This document shows, in pieces, positions 12,644 through 24,278 of a DNA stretch of 52,432 bases (the stretch's first letter is position 1; each line of letters starts with the position of its first letter). The stretch lies in NCBI RefSeq assembly GCF_001194135.2, contig NC_068998.1, positions 140,235 to 192,666 of the forward strand, in the 5' to 3' direction. A program made the translations under genes and the position numbers. Under the pieces are notes generated by a model, which made no database searches, was not told the DNA's origin, and saw nothing but the letters and a program-made list of their open reading frames with translations. Source of the stretch: Octopus bimaculoides. Lineage: Eukaryota.

Positions 12644-12830
12644 GCTTTATTGGGGACAGCAATGATTTTGAGATTGCTACTCGGATGTTAAATATTGTGG
12701 AAAGAGACTCTGTGAGAGATCCTTGACAACAGGTTGTTGTCCGCTCTTACAGAATTAACCAGAGCCAGTGAAATTCAGAGCTCTGAAAAGTGAAGTGTGC
12801 AATGGTAATAATGTAATAATAATAATCTGC
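12644..12830 (+). mobile_element. Third R4/Dong-like extreme 3' end with a different 3' UTR and (AAT)n tail
   Basis: ALLGTAMILRLLLGC* resembles the ALLGTARIL terminus of copy 1. It is followed by about 120 nt of UTR and TAATAATGTAATAATAATAAT. Confidence 0.6.
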
Positions 12831-13050
12831 TACATTAGCACAGACTTAGATTTACAAATGCCGGAATCGTGTATCAAGTGATTCTATTGCAGAAGCCTTG
12901 AAGAGCTTCTGTAGAAGGTGGACACTGTTCTCCTTTTAACAAACTAATGCAGAAATACATGGTTATGATTAAAATACGATAGAGAATTGTATAAACAAGT
13001 ACATAAATATATACATAAACACATACATACATTATGGGTGTGTGTGTGTG

Positions 13051-13084
<34 letters not shown>

Positions 13085-13283
13085 TGTATGTATATNNNNN
13101 NNNNNNNNNNNNNNNNNNNNNNNNNNNNNNNNNNNNNNNNNNNNNNNNNNNNNNNNNNNNNNNNNNNNNNNNNNNNNNNNNNNNNNNNNNNNNNNNNNNN
13201 NNNNNNNNNNNNNNNNNNNNNNNNNNNNNNNNNNNNNNNNNNNNNNNNNNNNNNNNNNNNNNNNNNNNNNNNNNNNNNNNNNN

Positions 13284-13319
<36 letters not shown>

Positions 13320-15581
13320 TGTATGTATGTATATATATATATATATATGTTACACAGATAAACAGATAATGAATGGGAAAGAAGAAAACATAACATCTCG
13401 TATAAAACATTTCTATTTTAGTTTTCCGACTGTAATTACAAAGTAATAGAACGAGAAGGATGGCTATTAAATACGTCTGAAATTGTTGAGAAAGAATCAA
13501 AGGATATCATTGAATTAAATATGGCGGCTCTGACTGTATAACATTTCTCATATCACACACAAGGAACGATAACCGAGAGATGGACAGAGAAATATTTTTA
13601 TAATTAGTTTTGTTAACCTCGATCGTCTAACTGTCTAACTCGATCAACTAATTGATTTTGTTTTTATAAAAGATGAGGCTCAAATGGGAATTTGATCAAG
13701 ACAGATAAATAAAATCAGTTAAAACTTAATAAATTAAGCAAAATAAACTGAAAGAAGGCCAAATAAATTGAAATCAAAATAAAACGAGAATACAGCAGGA
13801 TATATGTCTGTCTATCTATCTGTGTATGTAACTCAGTTTGTGCCACTGTGTGTGTGTGTGTGTGTCTGTCTGTCTGTCTGTGTTCCTGTGTGTGTCTGTG
13901 TGTGTGTAATGAAAAATTAAAGCTTTTTTCGTTCGTACAATCTAGGGAAATTTTGAAAATCAGCGATCATGCCTATATATCCAACTTTATCACAACAATA
14001 ACTTACTTCACCATAACTTACTTCACCAAAATTCTAGTCGTTCTATTGACGGTTTGTCAATAGAAAGTGCGCTAAATGTAAAAAAAAAAAAAATACTCTT
14101 TCCATCAGGAAAGGTACATTTACAGAAAACTCTAAGTTGCCATTATACGTAATTTTTCATTAAGTGTTTGATTTCATTTTCGAATTAACTGTGACGATAT
14201 CTGCAAGTATGAATTGCATTGATATAAAAACTGCCGTTCTGTGGCGCGCGCGCACTCTTTTTTGCTGGGTGGGGAGGGGTGTATGGATCAATTTTGGAGT
14301 TTTTTATATATAAAATTTGAAATTAATTAATTTTTTTTTTGCAATATTGTTAATCTCCGTATTTTTTCCACGTAGATCGGAAAAAAAAATATCGAAAAAA
14401 GTTAAAAATTAAAAATTTGGGGTCGGGTGGAATTTCAGATTTTGAAAACATGCTTTTTTTTTTTTTTTTTGCATATTCGGAATCTCTGTCATCGAAAACC
14501 TAGGAATCCACTGCGAAACAACAACAAAAAAAAAAATTCCCGAAAGTTCGGTTCTTAGGTGGAGGTGACTGTCGTCCAGCTCCACCGTAAAACATTCAGT
14601 ACAACTCTTCTTACCCACAACTAGGCTTATACTGCAAAATATTCAATACAGATCTTCCTGCACAAGTAAGGTATCAAACAGCCTTGAAATATGCTAAAAA
14701 TAACAGCTAAATCACCCTTAACTTTTTTCTACCATATTCAACACCATATTTATGATACCATTCGGATAAATTTTTACAAGAGCATCTCCATGCAGTTCAT
14801 TCATAAAAAAAAAACTCGGATTTCTCGCGTGTAATCAACTACTTTGACCTCCTAATGTGCCGCAGACCCCTTATTTTTCTTCGAAAAAATGCATGGGGTA
14901 GGAAATTGGAACCCTACCTCCCTGAAATTATTTGAAAATGTGTATAAATATGATATATATATTGTACAGGCCAAAACAATACATAAATGACAAAACACAC
15001 CTTTACTCACTCTCTCCCTCTCTCCACACGAAGTCGAAGCGTACTAGTTACGCGATTAAAATTTCGGCGGAAAAATTGCTAAAGGAAACTGGAAACATTT
15101 GGTGCCATTTCAAAACTATTTTTTAGTTTAGGATTTATATACCATTGGATCCATATATGCAGTAATTTTAACAGGTATGTAAAAGATATTTTGTCTTAAT
15201 ACGCCTTGACTTGTTTCACTCAAATACTAACATGGTTTTTTGTCCAAACATCGTTACCACTAATTTTTATAACTTCAGCATTCATTTGTTATTCTTTTCA
15301 AACTTCTTTCAGTTTTCAATTTAATGTAATCCGTCCTCTAGAAAATGTATTTCTGCAAAATGTCATCTTAAAATATGTGTAAAGAAAGGGGGCTGATGTA
15401 GTTCGCAACTCACCTTCAAAAGTGCATTTAAAAAAAAATATTTCTTCGGATTCCTAGATACGGTAAAGGTGCACTTGTAAAAATTTAACGTGTCTGTGTA
15501 TATATATATATGTGTGTATATGTGTGTGTGTGTATATGTCTATGTATATATGTGTATATATATATAAATGTATGCATATAG

Positions 15582-15673
<92 letters not shown>

Positions 15674-16134
15674 TACATATACTATATGCATACATTTATA
15701 TATATNNNNNNNNNNNNNNNNNNNNNNNNNNNNNNNNNNNNNNNNNNNNNNNNNNNNNNNNNNNNNNNNNNNNNNNNNNNNNNNNNNNNNNNNNNNNNNN
15801 NNNNNNNNNNNNNNNNNNNNNNNNNNNNNNNNNNNNNNNNNNNNNNNNNNNNNNNNNNNNNNNNNNNNNNNNNNNNNNNNNNNNNNNNNNNNNNNNNNNN
15901 NNNNNNNNNNNNNNNNNNNNNNNNNNNNNNNNNNNAGAGAGAGAGAGTGAGAGAGAGAGAGAGAAAGTAATAACGAGTGAATGAGAATAACGACGGAAGG
16001 GTTAAAATGCGTAAAAATAATTTAAAATAAAACAAAAATGAAGCCCAAATTATTGAAAGTGGGTAGAAATAAACACTACGTAGTACTATGCTAGGGTATC
16101 TGTAGAAAGTTGAATGTGATTTCGGAATATAACG

Positions 16135-16490
16135 TGAAAAAATACGGATTTTTTGAATTTTCCGAAAGTTCTCTCCGCACCTCAAAATTTTCCTCACAAA
16201 TTACTTTATAATCGTAATGTATGTCGTTTGAAAGGTATTTATATAAAATTTCATTTGAAAAAAAACCCATTTTCCTAAATGTTACAGGGGAAAAACTCAC
16301 ATCTTGTGAATTTTCCGAGGTACTCTCCTCACCCCCTTGGAAAAGATTTTCCCCACAAATTTCTTTATAATCGTAATGTATGCTGTTTGAAAGGTATTTA
16401 TTAAAAATTTCATTGAAAAAAATCCATTTTCCTAAAAGTTATGAGGGAAAAACTCGGATCTTGTGAATTTTCCGAGGTCCTCTCCCTGCC
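16135..16490. repeat. 159-bp tandem duplication (about 2.2 copies), probably internal to a non-autonomous DNA element
   Basis: TATAATCGTAATGTATG at 16207 and 16366. GAATTTTCCGA occurs three times at about this spacing. Confidence 0.8.
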
Positions 16491-18264
16491 TTCCATTGTT
16501 TTGCTTGCATTTGTTTTTTCATATTCATTTTCTACGCATTGTTTTACACCCGTTGCACTATTTTTTCTGACTTTCGTTTCCAGGTCAAGTTGTAAACATT
16601 AACCAAAAGTTCTCATTCTCTTCTTCCAACAAACACAAAAAGCTTAAAAACGAATGCACAAGAACAGATACGAACGTAGACAGCAAAAAAAAGTTACCCC
16701 ACCCCCAAAATAACACTGAATATACAACAAAAACAATACACAGCAAGGATAAAGAGACAAAAATAAAATAACTGTTTAAAAACTCTTTCTAAAAATGTTC
16801 AATGACGTTATCTGGAGTGTGAGGTTTCGAGTTGACGCCGTTCCACCTTTTCATTTATCATTACCATTCTTTCCATTCGATTTCATTTTTCCTCACTTTT
16901 GTATTTTGTTTGTCCTTGTTTGTCCCCTCTATGTTAGGCCCTGTGTTGCCACTAAAGAAATACAGTTGTAAGAAGTCGTTGAGAAGAGATATTGCTTGTT
17001 ACGTGTTGCTTCTGATTTATATTTGTATATTTGTTATAATCTTGTTTTAAATCCACATTATAAAGTGGCGTATACAGCGAGTTCAAAGAAGGACATAACA
17101 GTGTCGACGGGACTCAACAAAGAGCAATCGAAATAGTGGGAGAACATGGTAGGAAGTTGACAATAATGCCGTAAAATTGATAAAATATCGGCGGCTTTAC
17201 AAGCATAACTCTATATTTCCTGGAAAGTTGAGTTCCTTCATGCCAAAACCAACATAGCTCAGTTGGTACATCCATGATATTTTATTGATCTTAGAGTAAT
17301 TTCAAGGCGAATTTGAGGCACGTAACTACTTAGGCATTAGGACAGTTGTGTAGTGACGTGGTATTAGTCTCCATTTCAATGCTCTACCGCCCTGGGGTGG
17401 GCCCTATTCGGGTCGATCAAAACATTGTGAGTAGAATTCGGTCGATGAGAATTGTGGCAATTTCTCAGAAGAACCAACCCAGTTCTATGCTGGAAGATTT
17501 AATCCTTGTCCTGCTTAACAGCATCTCTTGGTCATTGGATATATTTAGAGAATCCAAACATCTGAGCTCGGCCTCCAACAATAAGATAACGTGCTACCAC
17601 CAACCAGGGAGACACCGGAGAAGGTCTGGATATCATGTCTTTTCTTCTGAAGCATTAAACCCTGAACTACATCAGACCAAAAACTAGAAAAATAAAACTG
17701 AAAGGTAATCCCGCATTATACACAGTTTCTTTTACTCTTTGATCTGGCAGAGTCTAGTTATGTTATAATTGAGTTTTATTATAAAATGGCAATATTATTA
17801 CAGCCATAATATAATACAGCAACGGTACTATAACTATATTACAATACAAGAATAATGTATAAGCTATATTGTATGATAAAGTAATATTATTTATTATTAT
17901 AGCTATGATGCAATATTACTATTAGGTTAAAGCTATCTGATAATAAAAGTCTATAATTTAAAAAATCCTTTGCCACTTACAGTTCCGGTTGGTCAAACAC
18001 GTTTTACCTACGAATCATCCCACAACTTCCCCTACCTTCCAACACTTTTACACCATCTTCCCGCTCAAATATTTCATCTTTGACCACTAGTCACTCATGA
18101 AACTTCACTTCAAAGGTTTAACTCAAATATTTTATAACATTTTATCTTTTTACGTTTTCTTCACATTTCATTTCACAATTATTGTCTTTCGGTATTTGAT
18201 CAATTCATCGTCTTATTTCTATGCAGTGCACACACACACACACATCTCCCTCTCTCACTCTCTT

Positions 18265-18298
<34 letters not shown>

Positions 18299-18664
18299 CA
18301 AATATATATATATATATATTCTTATTCATCATTCTTATATCTATCTATCTATCTATCTATATATATATATGTATATATATNNNNNNNNNNNNNNNNNNNN
18401 NNNNNNNNNNNNNNNNNNNNNNNNNNNNNNNNNNNNNNNNNNNNNNNNNNNNNNNNNNNNNNNNNNNNNNNNNNNNNNNNNNNNNNNNNNNNNNNNNNNN
18501 NNNNNNNNNNNNNNNNNNNNNNNNNNNNNNNNNNNNNNNNNNNNNNNNNNNNNNNNNNNNNNNNNNNNNNNNNNNNNNNNNNNNNNNNNNNNNNNNNNNN
18601 NNNNNNNNNNNNNNNNNNNNNNNNNNNNNNNNNNNNNNNNNNNNNNNNNNNNNNNNNNNNNNAT

Positions 18665-18772
18665 ATGAATATTCGTATACACCTTTCTTATATCTAATAT
18701 ATATATATATATATATATATAAATATTCGTATACACCTTTCTTATATCTAATATATATATATATATATATAT
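18665..18772. repeat. About 54-bp tandem unit (unique part plus (TA)n) abutting an N gap
   Basis: AATATTCGTATACACCTTTCTTATATCTAA at 18668 and 18722. Confidence 0.8.
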
Positions 18773-20859
18773 CAGCTTATACATTATCTTGCCTCTCTCA
18801 ACGATATATATTTACATATACGTCGATTTTTCTATACCTAGGATTACAGTTTTTACATTTCCCTTTTTATTTCATAACCACCTCCTAAAGTTTCGCTCAA
18901 TTCGTTAATAGACACATATCTAAATTCAATCTTCAGGTCTCATTCCCAGAAACTGAGAATAAAGAATACACAAAGTGGAACATCGTCAAAGGATAGAAAT
19001 ATTATCGAATATCATTGGTTGGTTCTTACGACCCTCATTAAAATATTGTTGAGCAAAATTTTGTTTTACCTTATAAAAACGAAGAGTTTGGCATTATTTT
19101 CTTGGTTTATAAATACCATAGTAATTTTTTTATTATAATGAACACACACAAAGAGACAGACATACGTATATATATATGTGGTAGTGATGATGATGGACAA
19201 AGACCGCTGGAGAGAATTCGTCCATGGATCTCGGGAATTTTACCCACCCTAGATACATAGATAAATATGTATGTATACATATGTGTATGTGTGTGTCTTT
19301 GGCAGATTTGATATGGTGACTGAAGGAGGCTAATATACGAAATACTACATTACTTGGTCCGTAGTTAGACATGCAAAACCATACAGTGTAATTTCCAGGA
19401 GAAGCCGTCTCTGCTCCGAGGAATCCCTGTCTATTCTGTAGACTAACGAGAAGATACTTAATGGGAATTTCTGAAAGACTATCGAGATGCCTACACGCAT
19501 ATAAATGTACTTTCGCACAATGAGGTGAAAATGAATTTTGAGTAACCGTTAACTTAGTGTAATTTCATTTTATTTTACTTTAAGGAATGGATGACTTTAA
19601 ACCTCCTCGTACTTCTAAGCACCTACTAACTCGCTTTGTGATTATGAGTGCGCCTAACCTCGCGTGTGTGTATGCTCACATTTTTGCTAATGCTTGTATG
19701 AGCGTGTGTACTCGTGCCATGCTGCTTGCCCGAGGGCGTTTATACATACATATCTGTTAACGGTTATTTTCAATACTCTTCTCGCTGGATTAAGTGTTCG
19801 TTTCTCTTTTTGTCTTCTGCAATTTTATTTTTGGATCTTCTATATATATGAAGAATTTTCCTCCGTCTGACTGTTTTTGTCTCTCCAAAACAGAAAGTTG
19901 CATTGTGGAACAGTCATTTTAACGAGTTTCTTTCTTTATTTATTTATCACCCGACGAGATACGTCTGCACCACCGGATACTCCTGAACCATTTTTTGCGT
20001 GTCCCACAAGAGGAGTCGATGCTCGATGTGTCGAAACAATTGTTGGGATTAATAATACATTCTCGTATATTCCATCTTCTGTCTTTCATTTGTTATTTAC
20101 ATGCATATATATATAAATATTTTTAAAAATGTAAAGGGTATGTCTGCTAAATATTCATATTATAACAATTAATAAATAATTTGTATACATAATTTCAGAT
20201 TTAAAGAAAGTTTAATGATTATATGGGTGTCTATTTACTTCTGTCATGTTTGTGTGTATCATAACTATATTACATTATCGATGTAATATACGTTTATTGT
20301 AATATTTACTGACACTTATCTGTGAAGTAGTAGTTTATATCATGGTGTCTGAAATAACTACTTTATTGGTAAACTAGTTGTTAGGTTGTGGTTGGCTGAA
20401 ATAATTTTATATTATATCTCAAGTAAAAATAATTCGAATCCTCATAAATATGGCAAACTCATCCATCTCATTTATTCCTTCTGTTGTGCTTTTAACCATT
20501 CTATTTTTTGCCTCTCCATTTTCTCATAAAACTTCGAAATTACTTCAATTGATATTTTTTTATGCAGGCCATCAGGGAAAAAATTTCTAAAAATATGTTC
20601 CAAATAACTCACTTGTAAATTAGTTTTTCCTGTCAGATTGTTGCATAAAATTCTATAGTTTCCTCCTCACTTTCTCACTCTCCAACTATCACTTTTTTCA
20701 GTTTATTCTTGTATATAGCCTTCTGCCTTTTCTCTTTCTATTATATTTTCTTTGGCGACTATGTAACCTAACCACTCATTATACATAATTTATATACATA
20801 CATATAAAGAATGTGTGTGTATATGTGCTTGCGTGTGCAAATGCATAGAGGAAAGACCA

Positions 20860-21250
20860 ATACATAAAGTTTTTCAGCGCTAAATCTACTGGATAGCCTT
20901 CTTTTGACAGTGTACTCGTCTTCCGCAGATTTATAAGCATTGCATAATCCATAACAAGTAGGTAAAGTTTGTAATTGTACCCATGAAGAATGCCTGACAA
21001 CTTTTCCCATCCTGAAAGAGTAGAAAGATAGTCAGTGTACCAAAACATAATAGCATTAATGAAGGAATTTGATATTTCATAGAGATTTAGGATGTGTGCA
21101 AGAGGAGAGATCTTATTTACATAACCAAATGCTTTAGAAAATCTCAAAAGTTATCAAAAGATCGCGTTTTCTGGTGCAGCAAGAATCGGTCTACAGTCTT
21201 TGATCAGCAGTATTTCTATTTGATTTGAGGCCAAATCGGAAATTTACAGT
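20860..21250 (-). mobile_element. Decayed non-LTR reverse-transcriptase fragment, RTE-like
   Basis: FGLKSNRNTADQ resembles GFRxxRSTxDQ. RFSKAFGYVN...LNLYEISNSFINAIMFWYTD resembles DFxKAFDSV...LxxYGIxxxxINAIxxLY. LVMDYAM...TL..GYPVDL resembles the RTE segment before the YADD/FADD motif. The sequence is highly degenerate. Confidence 0.6.
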
Positions 21251-22559
21251 TAATTTCACCGTTCTTACTGTTAGTCTTGTGAGTGATAAAGTAATGTTTG
21301 CCGGTGATTCGAACTCGTCTGGCGTGACTCAGGCGTTCAACTTGTTATTGCCAAAGATCTTTCTTAGCTTAGGTATGGCATAGCAGGCAAGAGAATTATT
21401 TAATTCACCCGATGAACAGCACGAAGACTTCAAATTCTTCGTTCAGGGTTACAATTCTGTTGTAAATTTGTAGGGGCGGAAGTACAATGACAGAAACTGA
21501 AGCAGAAGCGAGAAACACAGGACATCTCTGTATTTTACCTTTTGTATTTGTTTTATAGGAACTGATATATCCCACACAACTCCCTCCCCCCTTCCACAGT
21601 TCTCCTCCACAGCTCCCCCAGCCCTCTTCCACATCACCTACACAGTTATAAACATTTATTAACTTTAAGAACAACAGAAACAAGACAAAATGTCTGAAAT
21701 GTTCTTTAAACTAAAATAAATTTCTTGTAATGTTATTAACAAAGAAATTTGAGAATTTTGTGGAATTCTTGGAGAAGAATTCATTGTGCTGTAATTCAAA
21801 GAATAAAACCCATGGGTAATATGAAAATGAAGACAACTTCTCTGTTTACAGATTTTCACATTTCCCAGAGGCAGATTCATTCGGTACGTTTTTTTTTTTT
21901 CTGGTAATTTGGGCTAAGACTGTCCTACTAAAGAACACACTCTGCCATTGGTGTGTCTGTGAATATTTTTCTTGAACAGACTTACCTAAGATATTGAGCT
22001 GTAATAGTGTAGCAGAGAAGATGATGTTTATGCATATCTGTGCAGGAGTGTGTGTGTATGTATGTATCTACCAGTTTAGATATCTATCTATCTATCTCTC
22101 TCTCTCTATCTCTTTCTCTCTATATAAATGTGTGAGGGTGTATGTGTATATATATATATCTTATCTATAAAAGGCAGATTTTCTGTGTGTGTGTATGTTT
22201 AAAATTCATACATTTACACAATTCCAAATTTCTTGGATTAAAGAATTGGAATTAATATTCTAAATACAATTTGTTAGGTCACTGCGTCATTTTTTCACTC
22301 AAAATAATGCCTAATAACGAATAAAATCCATAAAACTACACAAATAAACATCTCCCCCCCCCCTAACAAAATCTAATTTCCTCTTTCTACTACAAATCCT
22401 TTCAACTCCTACTTTCTCTTATGAACCTTTACGAACAATCCAACAACAAATACAAAAAGAAAGGAAGGAGAAACACTGACAGTAAAAGAAAAAAGGCATT
22501 ACAAAGAGGGGACGAACAAGGACAGACAAACATAAAAGGGTGAAGTAGCTGTAGCGATT

Positions 22560-23385
22560 AAAAAATTAACGATTTAAAAACTTAACGATTTAAAAATTCA
22601 ATAATAATTTGATTATATTTACAATGCTCGATTAAAGCATTGCTCATTACAGATGCAATTTGTAATGGCTTTCCTGAAGGATAGGCATCCGACCACCAGG
22701 GTAGACCCCTTGCTTTTTCTTTCCCTTGTTTTTGGCTTCCACTTACCTGGTGCCAAACACTCCCAGCTTCCTCGCCACAGGCTTCCATCTTCTCATGAAT
22801 CTGTCTCGTGACAGGTACCTCTTCTCTAGCCTGATCTTACTACTGAGGTGGTAACAAAAAAAGTCAACTAGCCCCTGGCCAGATACAAAGGTATCCGTCA
22901 CTATGCCTCTTACATGCGTCTTCCATACTGTTTCTTTCAGTATGGCTACTACGCAGGAAAAGCAAGCCTTCCTTTCCCTATTGAGGGAAGGAGGCGGTAA
23001 TTGTCCAGATACCCTGGCCCGAAAGTTCTCCTGAACAGGTTGGTCAACTGATTTTCATCGTAGCCCAGGGTCTTCCCCAAGGCGTCTTCGGACCTAAATC
23101 TCACTAAACCGCTACAAAAATCCACGGTGGAACTCCTATTGCCGGCATTGCCCGCCCGAGAGAGCAACTGAAGTGTCTGACGACACTCCAATTACCAGTC
23201 CCCCAGCCTAGGTCTCTGCTTGATCCAATTACCGATGTCCGTTAAGGACGTTAATTTCGGAAGATAGAACCGGACGTGCGGTGACCACACCTGCTCTCCA
23301 TCCAGGTAGAGCCAGAGGTGCCTCAACCTCAACGCGAATTTTCGCATCCTCAGCCAAGGTATCTCTAGCTCACCCTAAACAGGAA
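22560..23385 (-). mobile_element. L1/Tx1-type non-LTR retrotransposon ORF2 C-terminus plus 3' UTR, internally deleted
   Basis: The minus-strand frame reads PWLRMRKFALRLRHLWLYLDGEQVWSPHVRFYLPKLTSLTDIGNWIKQRPRLGDW*LECRQ...LFRRTFGPGYLDNY. It then jumps frame to CVVAILKETVWKTH...LVDFFCYHLSSKIRLEKRYLSRDRFMRRW...TR*, with the stop at 22743-22745. The clade call rests on recognition of the C-terminal pattern. Confidence 0.7.
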
Positions 23386-23698
23386 ACCTATTTTTTTTGT
23401 TTTTTTTTTGTTTTTATTCTCCCTCCTCTTAATGAGGAATATAGTTCAAATAATAAACCTACAACGGCTAAAGTTCGATTTCCCCCACAGCACAAAACAT
23501 TAAAGACGGGAAACCTATATTGTGTTACTTCCTCTTAACGAGGATACCAGTTCAAAAACGAATAACAGTGCGGATCCCACCCCCGCTGTGGGGGGACGCA
23601 ACGATAAGCCTACAACGGCTTTAAAATGTTCAATTTTTAGCACACAGTGATGCCAAAATGGCTTTACACAGACAATTCCTTTCTCCCGTCACCGGGAG

Positions 23699-24105
23699 AT
23701 AAACATGTGGACACGCACCGAAGATAAACATGTGGACACACACGCACCGAAGATAAACATGAGGACGCATACGCACCGAAGATAAACATGTGGACATACA
23801 CGCACCGAAGATAAACATGTGGACACACACGCACCGAAGATAAACATGTGGACACACACGCACCGAAGATAAACATGAGGACACACACGCACCGAAGATA
23901 AACATGTGGACACACACGCACCGAAGATAAACATGTGGACACACNNNNNNNNNNACACACACGCACCGAAGATAAACATGAGGACACACACGCACCGAAG
24001 ATAAACATGTGGACACACACGCACCGAAGATAAACATGTGGACACACACGCACCGAAGATAAACATGTGGACACACACGCACCGAAGATAAACATGTGGA
24101 CGCAT
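23699..24105. repeat. 29-bp minisatellite ATAAACATGTGGACACACACGCACCGAAG, about 14 copies, with a 10-N gap inside
   Basis: The period was read directly (GGACACACAC at 23821 and 23850). There are no spacers, and variants include ATGAGG and CATACAC. Confidence 0.95.
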
Positions 24106-24179
24106 AAACATATGTGCAAAAAATAAGTCTCCTAAACTCATTCTATTACTTGACATATTCATGAATTTATAAACGCAGC

Positions 24180-24247
24180 CATGATGGAACGCCTTTGGTC
24201 ATAAACCTGCTGGATCGGAGCCGACTCGGGGATAAACAACAACAACA

Positions 24248-24250
<3 letters not shown>
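24180..24250 (+). mobile_element. 3' end of an interspersed retroposon-like repeat (family C) with (AAC)n tail
   Basis: ATGGAACGCCTTTGGTCATAAACCTGCTGGATCGGAGCCGACTCGGGGATAAACAACAACAAC resembles the reverse complements of 33940-34020 and 43310-43375. Confidence 0.55.

Positions 24251-24278
<28 letters not shown>

Noticed and set aside
13422-13541. 39-codon frame after a TTTTAG acceptor (FSDCNYKVIEREGWLL...)
   Set aside because: The length is within chance expectation, there is no recognisable homology and it lies beside a gap.
22161-22260. TATCTATAAAAGGCAGATT followed by (TG)n resembling a Helitron-like 5' end
   Set aside because: No matching 3' hairpin or CTRR terminus was found.
23699-24105. 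29-bp array (also the 30-bp array at 49041 and the 19-bp array at 38892) as a CRISPR
   Set aside because: The units are contiguous with no unique spacers, there are no cas genes and the context is eukaryotic.
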